From an uncultured Gemmatimonadales bacterium (GTDB lineage: Bacteria > Gemmatimonadota > Gemmatimonadetes > Longimicrobiales > Longimicrobiaceae): a DNA stretch of 64,000 bases. The stretch spans positions 4,160,001-4,224,000 of the forward strand of contig OY970303.1 in assembly GCA_963716255.1 (NCBI GenBank). The letters run 5' to 3'. Every line of letters starts with the position of its first letter. Position 1 is the first letter of the stretch. Shown here piece by piece: positions 30,635-39,406 of this stretch. Below the pieces are notes generated by a model that had not been told where the DNA came from, did no database searches, and saw only the letters and a program-made list of their open reading frames with translations. Position numbers and translations under genes: made by a program.

Positions 30635-30655
30635 ACCGCTTGAACGGCCTGGTCC

Positions 30656-30784
30656 GGGCGTGCCCCTCGCTGGCGCGAGGGTCGGGCTTCGGCTCCGTTA
30701 CGCAGCAAACGACGCTGCGTAACGGAGTCGAGCCCCGCGAAACTGCCCGCGGGTCTCGCCCCTTCGGGCCGAAATCCCTCACGC
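30656..30784 (-). repeat. Family A structured element copy 7
   Basis: Framework; last stem covaries (CCCTCGC/GCGAGGG). Confidence 0.95.
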
Positions 30785-30817
30785 AAGTGCCGACGTGGCA
30801 GCAGGATTCCCTCTGTT

Positions 30818-30873
30818 GCCCCCTCTCCCAGAATTGGGAGAGGGGGGCGAGCCTCAAGCGAGCCGGGTGAGGG
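30818..30873. repeat. Family C REP-like element
   Basis: CCCTCTCCCA-GAAT-TGGGAGAGGG plus GGCGAGCCTCAAGCGAGCCGGGTGAGGG. Confidence 0.85.
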
Positions 30874-30883
30874 CTGCGGTTCC

Positions 30884-31966
30884 CTAGCTTCCTGCCGTTT
30901 CCCCTTCCAGGATCCGCTGTTTTCGCTCCGCGCCCCAGCGGTAGCCGCCGTGGGCGCCGTCGCCGCGGACGGCGCGGTGGCAGGGGATCACCAGGGCCAC
31001 CGGGTTGCTTGCGCAGGCGCGGCCCACCGCGCGCGCCGCCCCGGGGCTGCCCAGCGCGGCGGCGATCTCGCCGTAGCTGCGGGTGCTGCCGCGGGGGATC
31101 TCGCGCAGCGCCTGCCACACCCGCAGCTGGAATGCGGTGGCGCGCAGGTCCAGCGGCAGGTCGGGGGCGGGGGCGCGGCCCCCGGCGGCCTCCACCACGG
31201 CGCGGGCCCACTCGTCCAGCGCGCCGTCCGCGGGCTCCACCTGCGCGCCCGGGAACTCGCGCCGCAGCGCCGCCTCCAGCTCCGCGTCCGCGTCGCCCAG
31301 CGCCACCGAGCAGACGCCGCGCTCCGTGGCCGCCACCAGCAGGCGCCCCAGCGCGCAGGGGACCACGGTGAAGCGGATGCGCACGCCCCGGCCGCCGCGC
31401 CGGTACGCCGCCGGCGTCATCCCCAGCCGCTCGGCACCCGCCTCGTAGAGGCGGCTCCCCGACCCGTACCCCGCCTCGAAGCCGGCGCGGCTGACGCTTC
31501 CCCCGCCGCGAAGCGCCTCGCGCAGCCGCTCGGCGCGCCGGGCCGCCGCGTACTCCCGCGGCGACACCCCCACCAGGCGCTTGAAGACGCGCTGCAGGTG
31601 GTGGGGGCTCATGGCCGCCACGCGCCCCAGTTGCTCCAGCGTGACGCTCTCCTCCGGGTGCGCGTCCAGGTGCTCGCGTGCCCGGCGCACCGACTCGGCC
31701 GCGGGGGAGGGGCGCGCCCCGCGCGGGCGGCAGCGCCGGCACTCCCGGTATCCCGCCGCCTCCGCGTCGTCCGGGGTGGGAAAGAAAACGACGTTCTCGC
31801 GCCGCGGCCTGCGCGACGGACAGGAGGGGCGGCAGTACACCCCGGTGGTGGCCACCGCGTACACCAGGCGCCCGTCCAGCAGCGCGTCGCGCCCCTGCAC
31901 CGCCTCCCACGCCGCCCCGTCGTCGATCTGCCGGGCCGCCGGGCCCGCGCTCGCCGTCGCCGCCAT
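30884..31966 (-). CDS. ada: Bifunctional Ada regulator / O6-methylguanine-DNA methyltransferase
   Basis: TTGVYCRPSC...CRRC Zn domain, AraC HTH, IPCHR active site. Confidence 0.95.
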   Translation of the reverse strand: MAATASAGPAARQIDDGAAWEAVQGRDALLDGRLVYAVATTGVYCRPSCPSRRPRRENVVFFPTPDDAEAAGYRECRRCRPRGARPSPAAESVRRAREHLDAHPEESVTLEQLGRVAAMSPHHLQRVFKRLVGVSPREYAAARRAERLREALRGGGSVSRAGFEAGYGSGSRLYEAGAERLGMTPAAYRRGGRGVRIRFTVVPCALGRLLVAATERGVCSVALGDADAELEAALRREFPGAQVEPADGALDEWARAVVEAAGGRAPAPDLPLDLRATAFQLRVWQALREIPRGSTRSYGEIAAALGSPGAARAVGRACASNPVALVIPCHRAVRGDGAHGGYRWGAERKQRILEGETAGS

Positions 31967-32146
31967 GGTGCCTCCCTCCGTTGGTCGTGGCTCCGTTCCG
32001 CGAGAGCAAACGTAGCGGGCCACGCCGGTGCGCTGCCACCCGGATCTTGCGCCGCAATTCGCCGCCCATTGACGGCGGCGGGCGCATCCGCCATCCTGCC
32101 ACCGCTCATACCGGATTGGGTTGGAAGGGCCTGGCACGACTGGGTT

Positions 32147-32274
32147 GGGCGTGCCCCCGGCTGGCGCCGGGGTCGGGCTTCGGCTCCGTAAGCCCGCAAA
32201 CAACGCGGGCTAACGGAGTCGAGCCCCGGCAAACTGCGCCGGGTCTCGCCCCTTCGGGCCGTAATCCCTCACGC
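32147..32274 (-). repeat. Family A structured element copy 8
   Basis: Conserved framework. Confidence 0.95.
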
Positions 32275-32336
32275 GGGGGATCGCGCCGCCGGCCGCCTCC
32301 TTTCGTGCAGCTCCGGCAAGGACACTCCGACCGCAG

Positions 32337-33575
32337 ATGACCCATTCGCAGTGGATGCTGGCCGCGGGGCTCGCCGCGCTGGAAGTGCTCCTCCTGGCAT
32401 CGCTCCTGAAGCGGTCCCCGGAAGGGAGCCGTCCCCGGCGCCGGGAGCGGGTCCAGACCGTCGTGCTCGCGCACGTTCTGGGGGCCGCGCTGTTCTTCGC
32501 GGGCGGGTACACCCAGGCGAGCCATGGCTGGTTCAGCGGGAACGCCGCCCGCTGGAAGCAGCTTCCCACCCCGTTCGAGCCGTTCACCGCCAGCGGCGAC
32601 CCCAGCCTCGCGCGGCAGGTGGGCGCGGTCGAGCGGCGCTCCCCGCGCCCGGACCTCGGCTCCGCGCGGGAGGTGGCGCGGTGGCAGCGGGAGATGCGCA
32701 GCTACCTGGACAGCGCGGTGATCGGCGCCGGCGGCGCGCGGGGCGGGGCGCCGCCCCGCCACCGCGTCCTGGGCACGGCGGAGCTGCCGGGCGGAGTGTC
32801 GCGCTCGTTCGTGGCGGTCCCGGGGTTCGACGGCACGCCGCTCCCCGGCTACCTGTTCGTGCCGCCGGGCGCGGGCCGCCGTCCGGCCGTCCTGGTGATC
32901 TCCGGCCACGGCAACGGCATCATCGAGACGGCGGGGCTCACGCCGTCGTACCAGCACGAGGCCGCGCTCCGCCTGGCGCGCGCCGGGTACGTCACCTTCA
33001 CGCCGGAGCTGCGCGGGTTCGGCTACCTGGGGCTGCGCATCGGCAACGAGCACCTCACCACGGCAAACAACGCGGTGCTGGCGGGCCGCTCGTACAAGGC
33101 GTTCCTGCTGCGCGACCTGCGCGGAATGGTGGACTGGCTCCGGGCGCAGCCCGCCGTGGACCCGGACCGCGTGGGGGTCACCGGCGTCTCCTTCGGCGGG
33201 GAGATGAGCGTCGCCCTGGCCGCCGTGGACCCGCGGCTGCGCGTGGTGGTGGCCCAGGGAACCGAGGGCGGCGTGGGACCGCACGACGGGTACGCGCGCG
33301 ACGCCAACCCCGGCTACCCGCACGTGCTCTGCCACTTCTTCGACACGCCGAACCGGCACCTCGCCCGCGAGGACCCCTTCCTCCTGGTGGCCCCCCGCCC
33401 CATGCTCCTGGTGCGCGGCACGGAGGAGGGCCCGGAGGACGCCGCCTTCCTGGCCCTGCTGCGGAGCACGTACCGCCTGCTGGGATCGGGCGGCGGCTTC
33501 GCGGACCGGAGTGTGCCCGGCGGACACGAGTACTTCGCGGACCCGGCGATCGCCTTCTTCCGCGAGCACCTGTAG
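32337..33575 (+). CDS. Membrane-anchored alpha/beta hydrolase (dienelactone hydrolase / acetyl esterase-like)
   Basis: GVSFGG motif, LVAPRP, GGH; N-terminal TM segments. Confidence 0.85.
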   Translation: MTHSQWMLAAGLAALEVLLLASLLKRSPEGSRPRRRERVQTVVLAHVLGAALFFAGGYTQASHGWFSGNAARWKQLPTPFEPFTASGDPSLARQVGAVERRSPRPDLGSAREVARWQREMRSYLDSAVIGAGGARGGAPPRHRVLGTAELPGGVSRSFVAVPGFDGTPLPGYLFVPPGAGRRPAVLVISGHGNGIIETAGLTPSYQHEAALRLARAGYVTFTPELRGFGYLGLRIGNEHLTTANNAVLAGRSYKAFLLRDLRGMVDWLRAQPAVDPDRVGVTGVSFGGEMSVALAAVDPRLRVVVAQGTEGGVGPHDGYARDANPGYPHVLCHFFDTPNRHLAREDPFLLVAPRPMLLVRGTEEGPEDAAFLALLRSTYRLLGSGGGFADRSVPGGHEYFADPAIAFFREHL

Positions 33576-33633
33576 CCCGTGCCACCCTCCACAGGAGAGC
33601 GCCCGTGACCCGTCCCCCGTCCGGAGCCCCGCG

Positions 33634-34299
33634 TTGACCACCCGCCGCCGCGACGTCGTGCTCCCCGCCCCGGAGGCCGTCGCGCACCTGCGCGCCGCCG
33701 ACCCCGTCCTGCGCGGCGTCGTGGACCGCGTGGGAGCGTTCGAGATCTCCATGGAGCGCGACCTGTGGTGGGCGCTGGTGGACGCCATCTCCAGCCAGCA
33801 GCTCTCGGTGAAGGCCGCCGCCACCATCGTGGGGCGGCTGCACGCGCTGGGCGCGGCCGGCCGTCCGCCCACGCCGGAGGAGGTACTGGCCCTCCCGGAC
33901 GAGACGCTCCGCGGCGCGGGCCTGTCGCGCGCCAAGACCGCCTACGTGCGCGACGTGGCCGCCCGCTGGCTGGACGGCTCGCTGCGCCACGACGAGATCC
34001 CCGCCCTCCCCGACGAGGAGGTGATCGCCGCGCTCACACAGGTGAAGGGGATCGGTCGCTGGACGGCCGAGATGATCCTGGTGTTCTGCCTGGACCGCCC
34101 CGACGTGCTCCCAGTGGACGACCTGGGGATCCGCGTGGCCGCGCAGCGCTGGTACGGCCTGCCGGAGCGCCCGGGCAAGGAGGAGCTTGAGCGCATCGCC
34201 GAGCCCTGGCGCCCGTTCCGGACGCTGGCCTCGCGCTACCTGTGGAAGAGCCTGAACGCCACCCCGGTCGCCGGGAGCGCCCCGGACCCGGCGGGCTGA
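33634..34299 (+). CDS. alkA: DNA-3-methyladenine glycosylase II (AlkA family)
   Basis: QQLS..AA, GLSRAK, HhH VKGIGRWTAEM, PVDDLG, WRPFRT; start codon uncertain. Confidence 0.9.
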   Translation: MTTRRRDVVLPAPEAVAHLRAADPVLRGVVDRVGAFEISMERDLWWALVDAISSQQLSVKAAATIVGRLHALGAAGRPPTPEEVLALPDETLRGAGLSRAKTAYVRDVAARWLDGSLRHDEIPALPDEEVIAALTQVKGIGRWTAEMILVFCLDRPDVLPVDDLGIRVAAQRWYGLPERPGKEELERIAEPWRPFRTLASRYLWKSLNATPVAGSAPDPAG

Positions 34300-34312
34300 A
34301 CGGCGACGGCGA

Positions 34313-34394
34313 CCCCCTCACCCCCCGGCCCCTTCTCCCACAGGGGGAGAGGGGGAAAGCCGTGCGAGCCCGTGCGAGCCGGGTGGGGGCCCTC
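34313..34394. repeat. Family C REP-like element (variant)
   Basis: CCCCTCACCCCCCGGCCCCTTCTCCC...GCGAGCCGGGTGGGGGCCCTC. Confidence 0.8.
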
Positions 34395-34415
34395 GTGGAC
34401 GCCCACGCGGGCCCC

Positions 34416-34545
34416 GCGTGAGGGATTCCGGCCCGAAGGGGCGAGACCCCGCGGGCCGTTTCGCGGGGGCTCGACTCCGTTGCAAACGGTAGTATCGTTT
34501 GCTACGGAGCCGAAGCCCGACCCCGGCGCAGCCGGGGACACGCCC
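34416..34545 (+). repeat. Family A structured element copy 9
   Basis: Conserved framework. Confidence 0.95.
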
Positions 34546-34704
34546 TACCCCGCTGTACGTCGTCCAGCACCCCACACTCCTGGCACGATGATTGAGGTCC
34601 CACCCCCAAAGCCACGACGAAGTGGCGAGCAGGCAACGTGATGTGACCCACGCGACGGGGCGTCCTCAGGGGCGCCCTTTTGCATTTTTCCCAGGAGGTG
34701 AACC

Positions 34705-35124
34705 ATGCGCTCGGTTCTCGCGACGGCGGTGGCCGTCCTCGCAGTGGTCGTGCTGGGCGGGGCGTGCGCCCCCGCGGCGTCGGGTGGCGCGGTCCTGCTG
34801 CCCCCGGAGATGTCGCCGGTCAGCACTGCCGCGCCGCCCACGGTGCGGGTGACCAACAACAACTGGTCCAACATGACCGTGTACGCCGTGCGCGGCAGCA
34901 ACCGCTTCCGCCTGGGGATGGTGACCAGCATGGCGACGGAGGTGTTCAGGCTCCCCGCCTCGCTCACCAGCGGGGCCACCGGCGTGCGGCTCCTGGCGGA
35001 CCCCATCGGGGGGAGCGAGCAGTACCTCACCCCCGCGGTGTACGTGGGCCGGGGCGAGGAGGTGAAGCTGGACCTCCACAACCAGCTCCAGATCTCCAGC
35101 GTGAGCGTCTGGGGACAGCGCTGA
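34705..35124 (+). CDS. Hypothetical lipoprotein
   Basis: AGGAGGT RBS, GGAC lipobox-like signal. Confidence 0.85.
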   Translation: MRSVLATAVAVLAVVVLGGACAPAASGGAVLLPPEMSPVSTAAPPTVRVTNNNWSNMTVYAVRGSNRFRLGMVTSMATEVFRLPASLTSGATGVRLLADPIGGSEQYLTPAVYVGRGEEVKLDLHNQLQISSVSVWGQR

Positions 35125-35225
35125 GGCGCGGGGGCGGCCCGCGGAGCCACTTGTTCCTGCCCGGGGACGCTGTACCTTTCGGGCCTCGAGCGAGAGGGTG
35201 AACCCGGACGCCGCAAGGACCACGA

Positions 35226-36287
35226 GTGCCGACGCTGGACGCGCTGATCAGGGGGCTCCCGGAGCGCCCGGACCCGGACGAGCTGCTGCTGGGGTTCGTG
35301 CCGCCGCCCCGCTTCGCCGGGAAGCGGTTCGAGGACTACGCCCCGGACGCGCGCTTTCCCTCGCAGCGGGCGGCCGTGGAGCGGCTGCGGGCCTTTGCCG
35401 CGTCCATGCGGGCGGGCTCGCTGGACGGGTGGATGCGCCGCGTGCGCGCCGCCGTCGGCGGGGCGGAGCGGGGAACGGGGGTGTACCTGGACGGCGGCTT
35501 CGGGGTGGGGAAGACGCACCTGCTGGCGGCGCTCTGGCAGGCCTCGCCCGCGCCCCGGGCGTATCTCAGCTTCGACGAGCTGGTGTATACCATCGGGCTG
35601 CTGGGGGTGGGGCCCACGCGCGAGGCCTTCCGGGGGATGCGGCTGGTGGCGGTGGACGAGTGGGAGCTGGACGACCCCGGCAACCTCAAGCTCGCGCTCG
35701 CCTTCCTGCGCGGGGCGCTGGAGGACGGCGTGCGCGTGGCCACCACCTCCAACACCGTCCCCGACGAGCTGGGGCGCGGACGCTTCTCGCAGAAGGACTT
35801 CCGCGCCGAGATCGAGGAGCTGGCCTCCGCCTTCGAGACGGTGCGGGTGCAGGGCGAGGACTTCCGCCACCGCCGCTTCCAGGCCGATCCCGGGCGGCGT
35901 TATTTCCTGCCGCGGGATGAGCTGGCCGTCGCGGCGCGGGCGGCGGGGCCCGGGGCGCTGTACGCGCCCTTCCCCGAGCTGCTCTCCGCCCTGGGCACGG
36001 TGCACCCCATCCGCTACGCCGCGCTGGCGGAGCGGATCGACGCGCTGCTCGTGGAAGGGCTGGCCACCGTCCCCGTGCTCCCCGACGCGCTGCGCTGGGT
36101 GCACTTCGTGGACAAGGTGTACGACGACGCGGTGCCGTTCGCGGCCAGCTCCGGCGTGGACCTGGAAGCGCTGTTCCCGGCCGAGTTCCTGCGTGGGCCG
36201 TACGGGAAGAAGTTTTCCCGCTGCCTGTCCCGGATGGAGGAGCTGCTGGGGGAGCGGGAGCCGGCGCGTGAGCGGGTGGCGGGGTGA
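35226..36287 (+). CDS. zapE: AFG1/ZapE family ATPase
   Basis: GVYLDGGFGVGKTHL, DE Walker B, TSNTVP. Confidence 0.88.
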   Translation: MPTLDALIRGLPERPDPDELLLGFVPPPRFAGKRFEDYAPDARFPSQRAAVERLRAFAASMRAGSLDGWMRRVRAAVGGAERGTGVYLDGGFGVGKTHLLAALWQASPAPRAYLSFDELVYTIGLLGVGPTREAFRGMRLVAVDEWELDDPGNLKLALAFLRGALEDGVRVATTSNTVPDELGRGRFSQKDFRAEIEELASAFETVRVQGEDFRHRRFQADPGRRYFLPRDELAVAARAAGPGALYAPFPELLSALGTVHPIRYAALAERIDALLVEGLATVPVLPDALRWVHFVDKVYDDAVPFAASSGVDLEALFPAEFLRGPYGKKFSRCLSRMEELLGEREPARERVAG

Positions 36288-36308
36288 TCCTGTGATCGTG
36301 TCGTAGGG

Positions 36309-36434
36309 CCGCTCCGGAACCAGGCCAAACAGCCGGCCTGTTTCCTACGCGGGCGCAGGGAGCCAGGCCAAACTGCCGGCCTGTCTCCCTGCGCCGGAGA
36401 GAGCCAGCCGAAACTGCCCGGCTGTCTCCCTCCG
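36309..36434 (-). repeat. Family B triple-hairpin element copy 1
   Basis: Three GGA(G/A)A-stem-GCNGTTT-stem-G(C/T)TCY hairpins. Confidence 0.9.
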
Positions 36435-36687
36435 CGACAGGATGGGGGAACGGCAGGGAACGGCGCCGGCCCGCGGGAGCGGGCTTTTTGCTGCGGGGCT
36501 GGTGTCGGCGACGACGGCTGCCGCCGCGGGTGGTGTGGCAGGCTGTGGCGCTTCACGCTGCGCGTGAACCGATGAACCCTGTTCCCTGCTTTTCGCCGGA
36601 CCATTTGCTCGAACGCTGGGTACCTGCACCCGCCGCCGGACGAACGCACGTCCGGCACCTGAACGGACCAGGAACGAACTCTCACGG

Positions 36688-38607
36688 ATGAGACCGCAAG
36701 CAACCTCCAAGATCGCGGCCGCGCTGGCGGCCCTCGCGCTGGCGCTTCCCGCCGTGGCCGCGGCCCAGGCGCGGGCGGACACCTCCGTGTTCCGCCCGCT
36801 GGAGCTCGCCGCGCCCAACGAGTACCGGTCGGCCAGCGGGGCGCCCGGGCCGCGCTACTGGCAGCAGCGCGCCGCCCACAGCATCGCCGCGGCGCTGGAC
36901 ACCACGACGCACGTCGTCCGCGGCACCGAGACCATCCGCTACCGCAACAACTCGCCGGAGACGCTGCGGTTCGTGTGGCTGCAGGTGGACCAGAACCTGT
37001 ACCGGCCGGGGAGCAAGGGCTCCTTCCAGAACCCCTCCGACTCGCGCTGGGGAGCGCGCGACTTCGCGGGCGGGGTCACGTTCTCGTACGTGCGGGCCGG
37101 CGGGCGCACGGTGCAGCCGTACGTGGACGACACCATGATGCGGCTGGATCTGCCGCGCCCGCTTGCGCCCGGGGAGAGCGTGGAGCTGGAGCTGGGGTGG
37201 TCGTTCCCGGTGCCCGAGCACGGCTCCGACCGCATGGGGCGGCGGGGGCAGCTGTACGAGATCGCGCAGTGGTTCCCGCGCATGGCCGTGTTCGACGACG
37301 TCAGCGGCTGGAACACGGACCCGTACCTGGGCCAGGGCGAGTTCTACCGCGAGTACGGCGACTACGACGTGGCGATCACCGTTCCCGCCGATTTCGTGGT
37401 CGCCGCCACCGGCGTCCTCCAGAACCCCGGCGAAGTGCTCACCGCCGCCCAGCGCGAGCGCCTGGCCCGCGCCGCCGGCACCGACGAGCAGGTGTCCATC
37501 ATCACCGCCGACGAGGCGGGGACCGCGGCGGCCCGGCCGCGCTCCGCGGGGACGCAGACGTGGCGCTTCCGCGCGGAGAACGTGCACGACTTCGCGTGGG
37601 CGGCCTCGCCGCGCTTCCGCTGGGACTCGGAAACGTGGGACGGGGTGCGCTGCCACTCCTTCTACGAGCCCGACGCGGAGAACTGGACCACGGCGGCGGA
37701 CATGACCTGCTTCTCCATCAAGGAGTTCTCCACCCGCTGGTTCCGCTACCCGTACCCGCAGGCCACCAGCGTCGCCGGCCCGGTGGGGGGGATGGAGTAC
37801 CCCATGTTCGTGATGGTGGGCTCCACCGGCACGGAGCAGAGCGTGTTCAGCACCATCGCCCACGAGCAGGGGCACGAGTGGTTCCCCATGATCGTCAGCT
37901 CCAACGAGCGGCGCTACGCCTGGATGGACGAGGGCTTCAACACCTTCATCGACCACTGGACCGGCGCGCTGCGCTACCCGGCCGACACGGTGCAGTACAT
38001 GAAGCCGCAGGTGCGCGGGGCGTACGAGTCGCTACGGGACCGCGGCGGCGACCCGGTGGTGATGACGCCGCCGGACCGCATCCTGCGCACCTCGCTGGGG
38101 GTGGGGGCGTACTACAAGCCCGCGCTGGCACTGCACATGCTCCGCGACGAGGTGGTGGGGCCGCAGGCCTTCGACGCGGCGTTCCGCGAGTACGTCCGCC
38201 GCTGGGCGTACAAGCACCCCACGCCGGCGGACTTCTTCCGCACCATGCACGACGTCACCGGCCGGGACCTGTCCTGGTTCTGGCGCGGGTGGCTGTACAC
38301 CGCCGAGCCGCTGGACCAGGCGGTGACCAACGTGACGAGCACCGCGGCGGAGGGCGGCGGCTTCACCGCAACCGTGGAGCTGGCGAGCCTGACCCCGGTG
38401 GCCATGCCGGTGCGCCTGCGCCTGGTGCTGGGCAACGGCGAGACGCGCGACGTGGAGCTGCCGGAGACGGTGTGGAACGGCGGCTTCGCCTACACCTTCG
38501 TCACGCGCGTCCCGGCTGCGGTCACGGGCGTGCTGATCGACCCGGCGAACACGCTCCCCGACCGCAGCCGCTCCAACAACGCCTGGGGTACGTCGCGGAC
38601 GAAGTAG
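36688..38607 (+). CDS. Secreted M1 family metallopeptidase
   Basis: GGMEYP, HEQGHEW...WMDEG; signal peptide. Confidence 0.93.
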   Translation: MRPQATSKIAAALAALALALPAVAAAQARADTSVFRPLELAAPNEYRSASGAPGPRYWQQRAAHSIAAALDTTTHVVRGTETIRYRNNSPETLRFVWLQVDQNLYRPGSKGSFQNPSDSRWGARDFAGGVTFSYVRAGGRTVQPYVDDTMMRLDLPRPLAPGESVELELGWSFPVPEHGSDRMGRRGQLYEIAQWFPRMAVFDDVSGWNTDPYLGQGEFYREYGDYDVAITVPADFVVAATGVLQNPGEVLTAAQRERLARAAGTDEQVSIITADEAGTAAARPRSAGTQTWRFRAENVHDFAWAASPRFRWDSETWDGVRCHSFYEPDAENWTTAADMTCFSIKEFSTRWFRYPYPQATSVAGPVGGMEYPMFVMVGSTGTEQSVFSTIAHEQGHEWFPMIVSSNERRYAWMDEGFNTFIDHWTGALRYPADTVQYMKPQVRGAYESLRDRGGDPVVMTPPDRILRTSLGVGAYYKPALALHMLRDEVVGPQAFDAAFREYVRRWAYKHPTPADFFRTMHDVTGRDLSWFWRGWLYTAEPLDQAVTNVTSTAAEGGGFTATVELASLTPVAMPVRLRLVLGNGETRDVELPETVWNGGFAYTFVTRVPAAVTGVLIDPANTLPDRSRSNNAWGTSRTK

Positions 38608-38624
38608 GGGAACGGGAGTGCGGA

Positions 38625-38670
38625 ACGACGAGGCGCCCCCGCCGGGAGATCCCGGCGGGGGCGCCGTCGT
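38625..38670. terminator. Family D hairpin between convergent genes
   Basis: GGCGCCCCCGCCGGGA-GA-TCCCGGCGGGGGCGCC. Confidence 0.7.
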
Positions 38671-38676
38671 GGGGGG

Positions 38677-39033
38677 CTACGCCACGGAGCCGCGGAGCCG
38701 GCGCGCGTCCCCGCCCATGAGCAGCTCGCCCTCCAGGTGCGCGGCGCGGGCGGGGTGGCCCACGCTCTCCACGCTGCGCTCCCACTCCGCGCGCCCCATC
38801 ACCCAGAAGTCCACGCGGGGGCGGACGGCGGGAATGCGCCGCTGGAGCTTGGCCTCCAGCGCCAGCGCGTCGTCGCCGTCGTCGCGCAGCACCACGAAGG
38901 CGTAGAAGCCGTGTCCCTCCGGGGGCGACACGGGACGAAGCCCCACCACGCGCTCGATGCGGTGGGCGCCCACCACCCGGCCGATGGCGCGGGCGAGCTC
39001 GTCCGGGGTGCGAGGTCGATTCGAGTTCGACAT
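38677..39033 (-). CDS. Small hypothetical protein resembling a degenerate minimal nucleotidyltransferase
   Basis: IERVV..., FVVL, VDFWV...EW..., EGELL C-terminus; lacks GS..RG and DxD. Confidence 0.55.
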   Translation of the reverse strand: MSNSNRPRTPDELARAIGRVVGAHRIERVVGLRPVSPPEGHGFYAFVVLRDDGDDALALEAKLQRRIPAVRPRVDFWVMGRAEWERSVESVGHPARAAHLEGELLMGGDARRLRGSVA

Positions 39034-39254
39034 GAACATCCACTTCGGTCGTGATCCGGCCAGGCGGGCGCGGCCCCCGGGATGCCGCCCCCCGCCTGCC
39101 CTTTCCGGGCCCGCGGCGGGGACCCCGCCGCGCCCCCGCAAGGTGCCACTTGCACAGGGTTCGCAGCCGCGATGCAAGACAGCGGCCCGGAGATCCGCGC
39201 CGCTGCTGGAGAATCGCCCGCGAGCGCGGACTCAACCGTCTTTTTACCTCCCCT

Positions 39255-39383
39255 GCGTGAGGGATTACGGCCCGAAGGGGCGAGACCGCGCGGCTGTTTG
39301 CGCGGGCTCGACTCCGTTAGCCCGCGTAGTTTGCGGGCTTACGGAGCCGAAGCCCGACCCCGGCGCCAGCCGGGGGCACGCCC
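39255..39383 (+). repeat. Family A structured element copy 10
   Basis: Conserved framework. Confidence 0.95.
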
Positions 39384-39406
39384 GAACCCGCCGTTCAGGC
39401 CGTCCG

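Noticed and set aside
34581..34595. Sigma54 site TGGCACGATGATTGA before the lipoprotein gene
   Set aside because: The -12 element is GA rather than GC; too weak to call.
7606..39383. Family A as integron attC sites
   Set aside because: Lacks RYYYAAC/GTTRRRY ends, has a branched rather than simple hairpin fold, flanks core genes, and no integrase is present.
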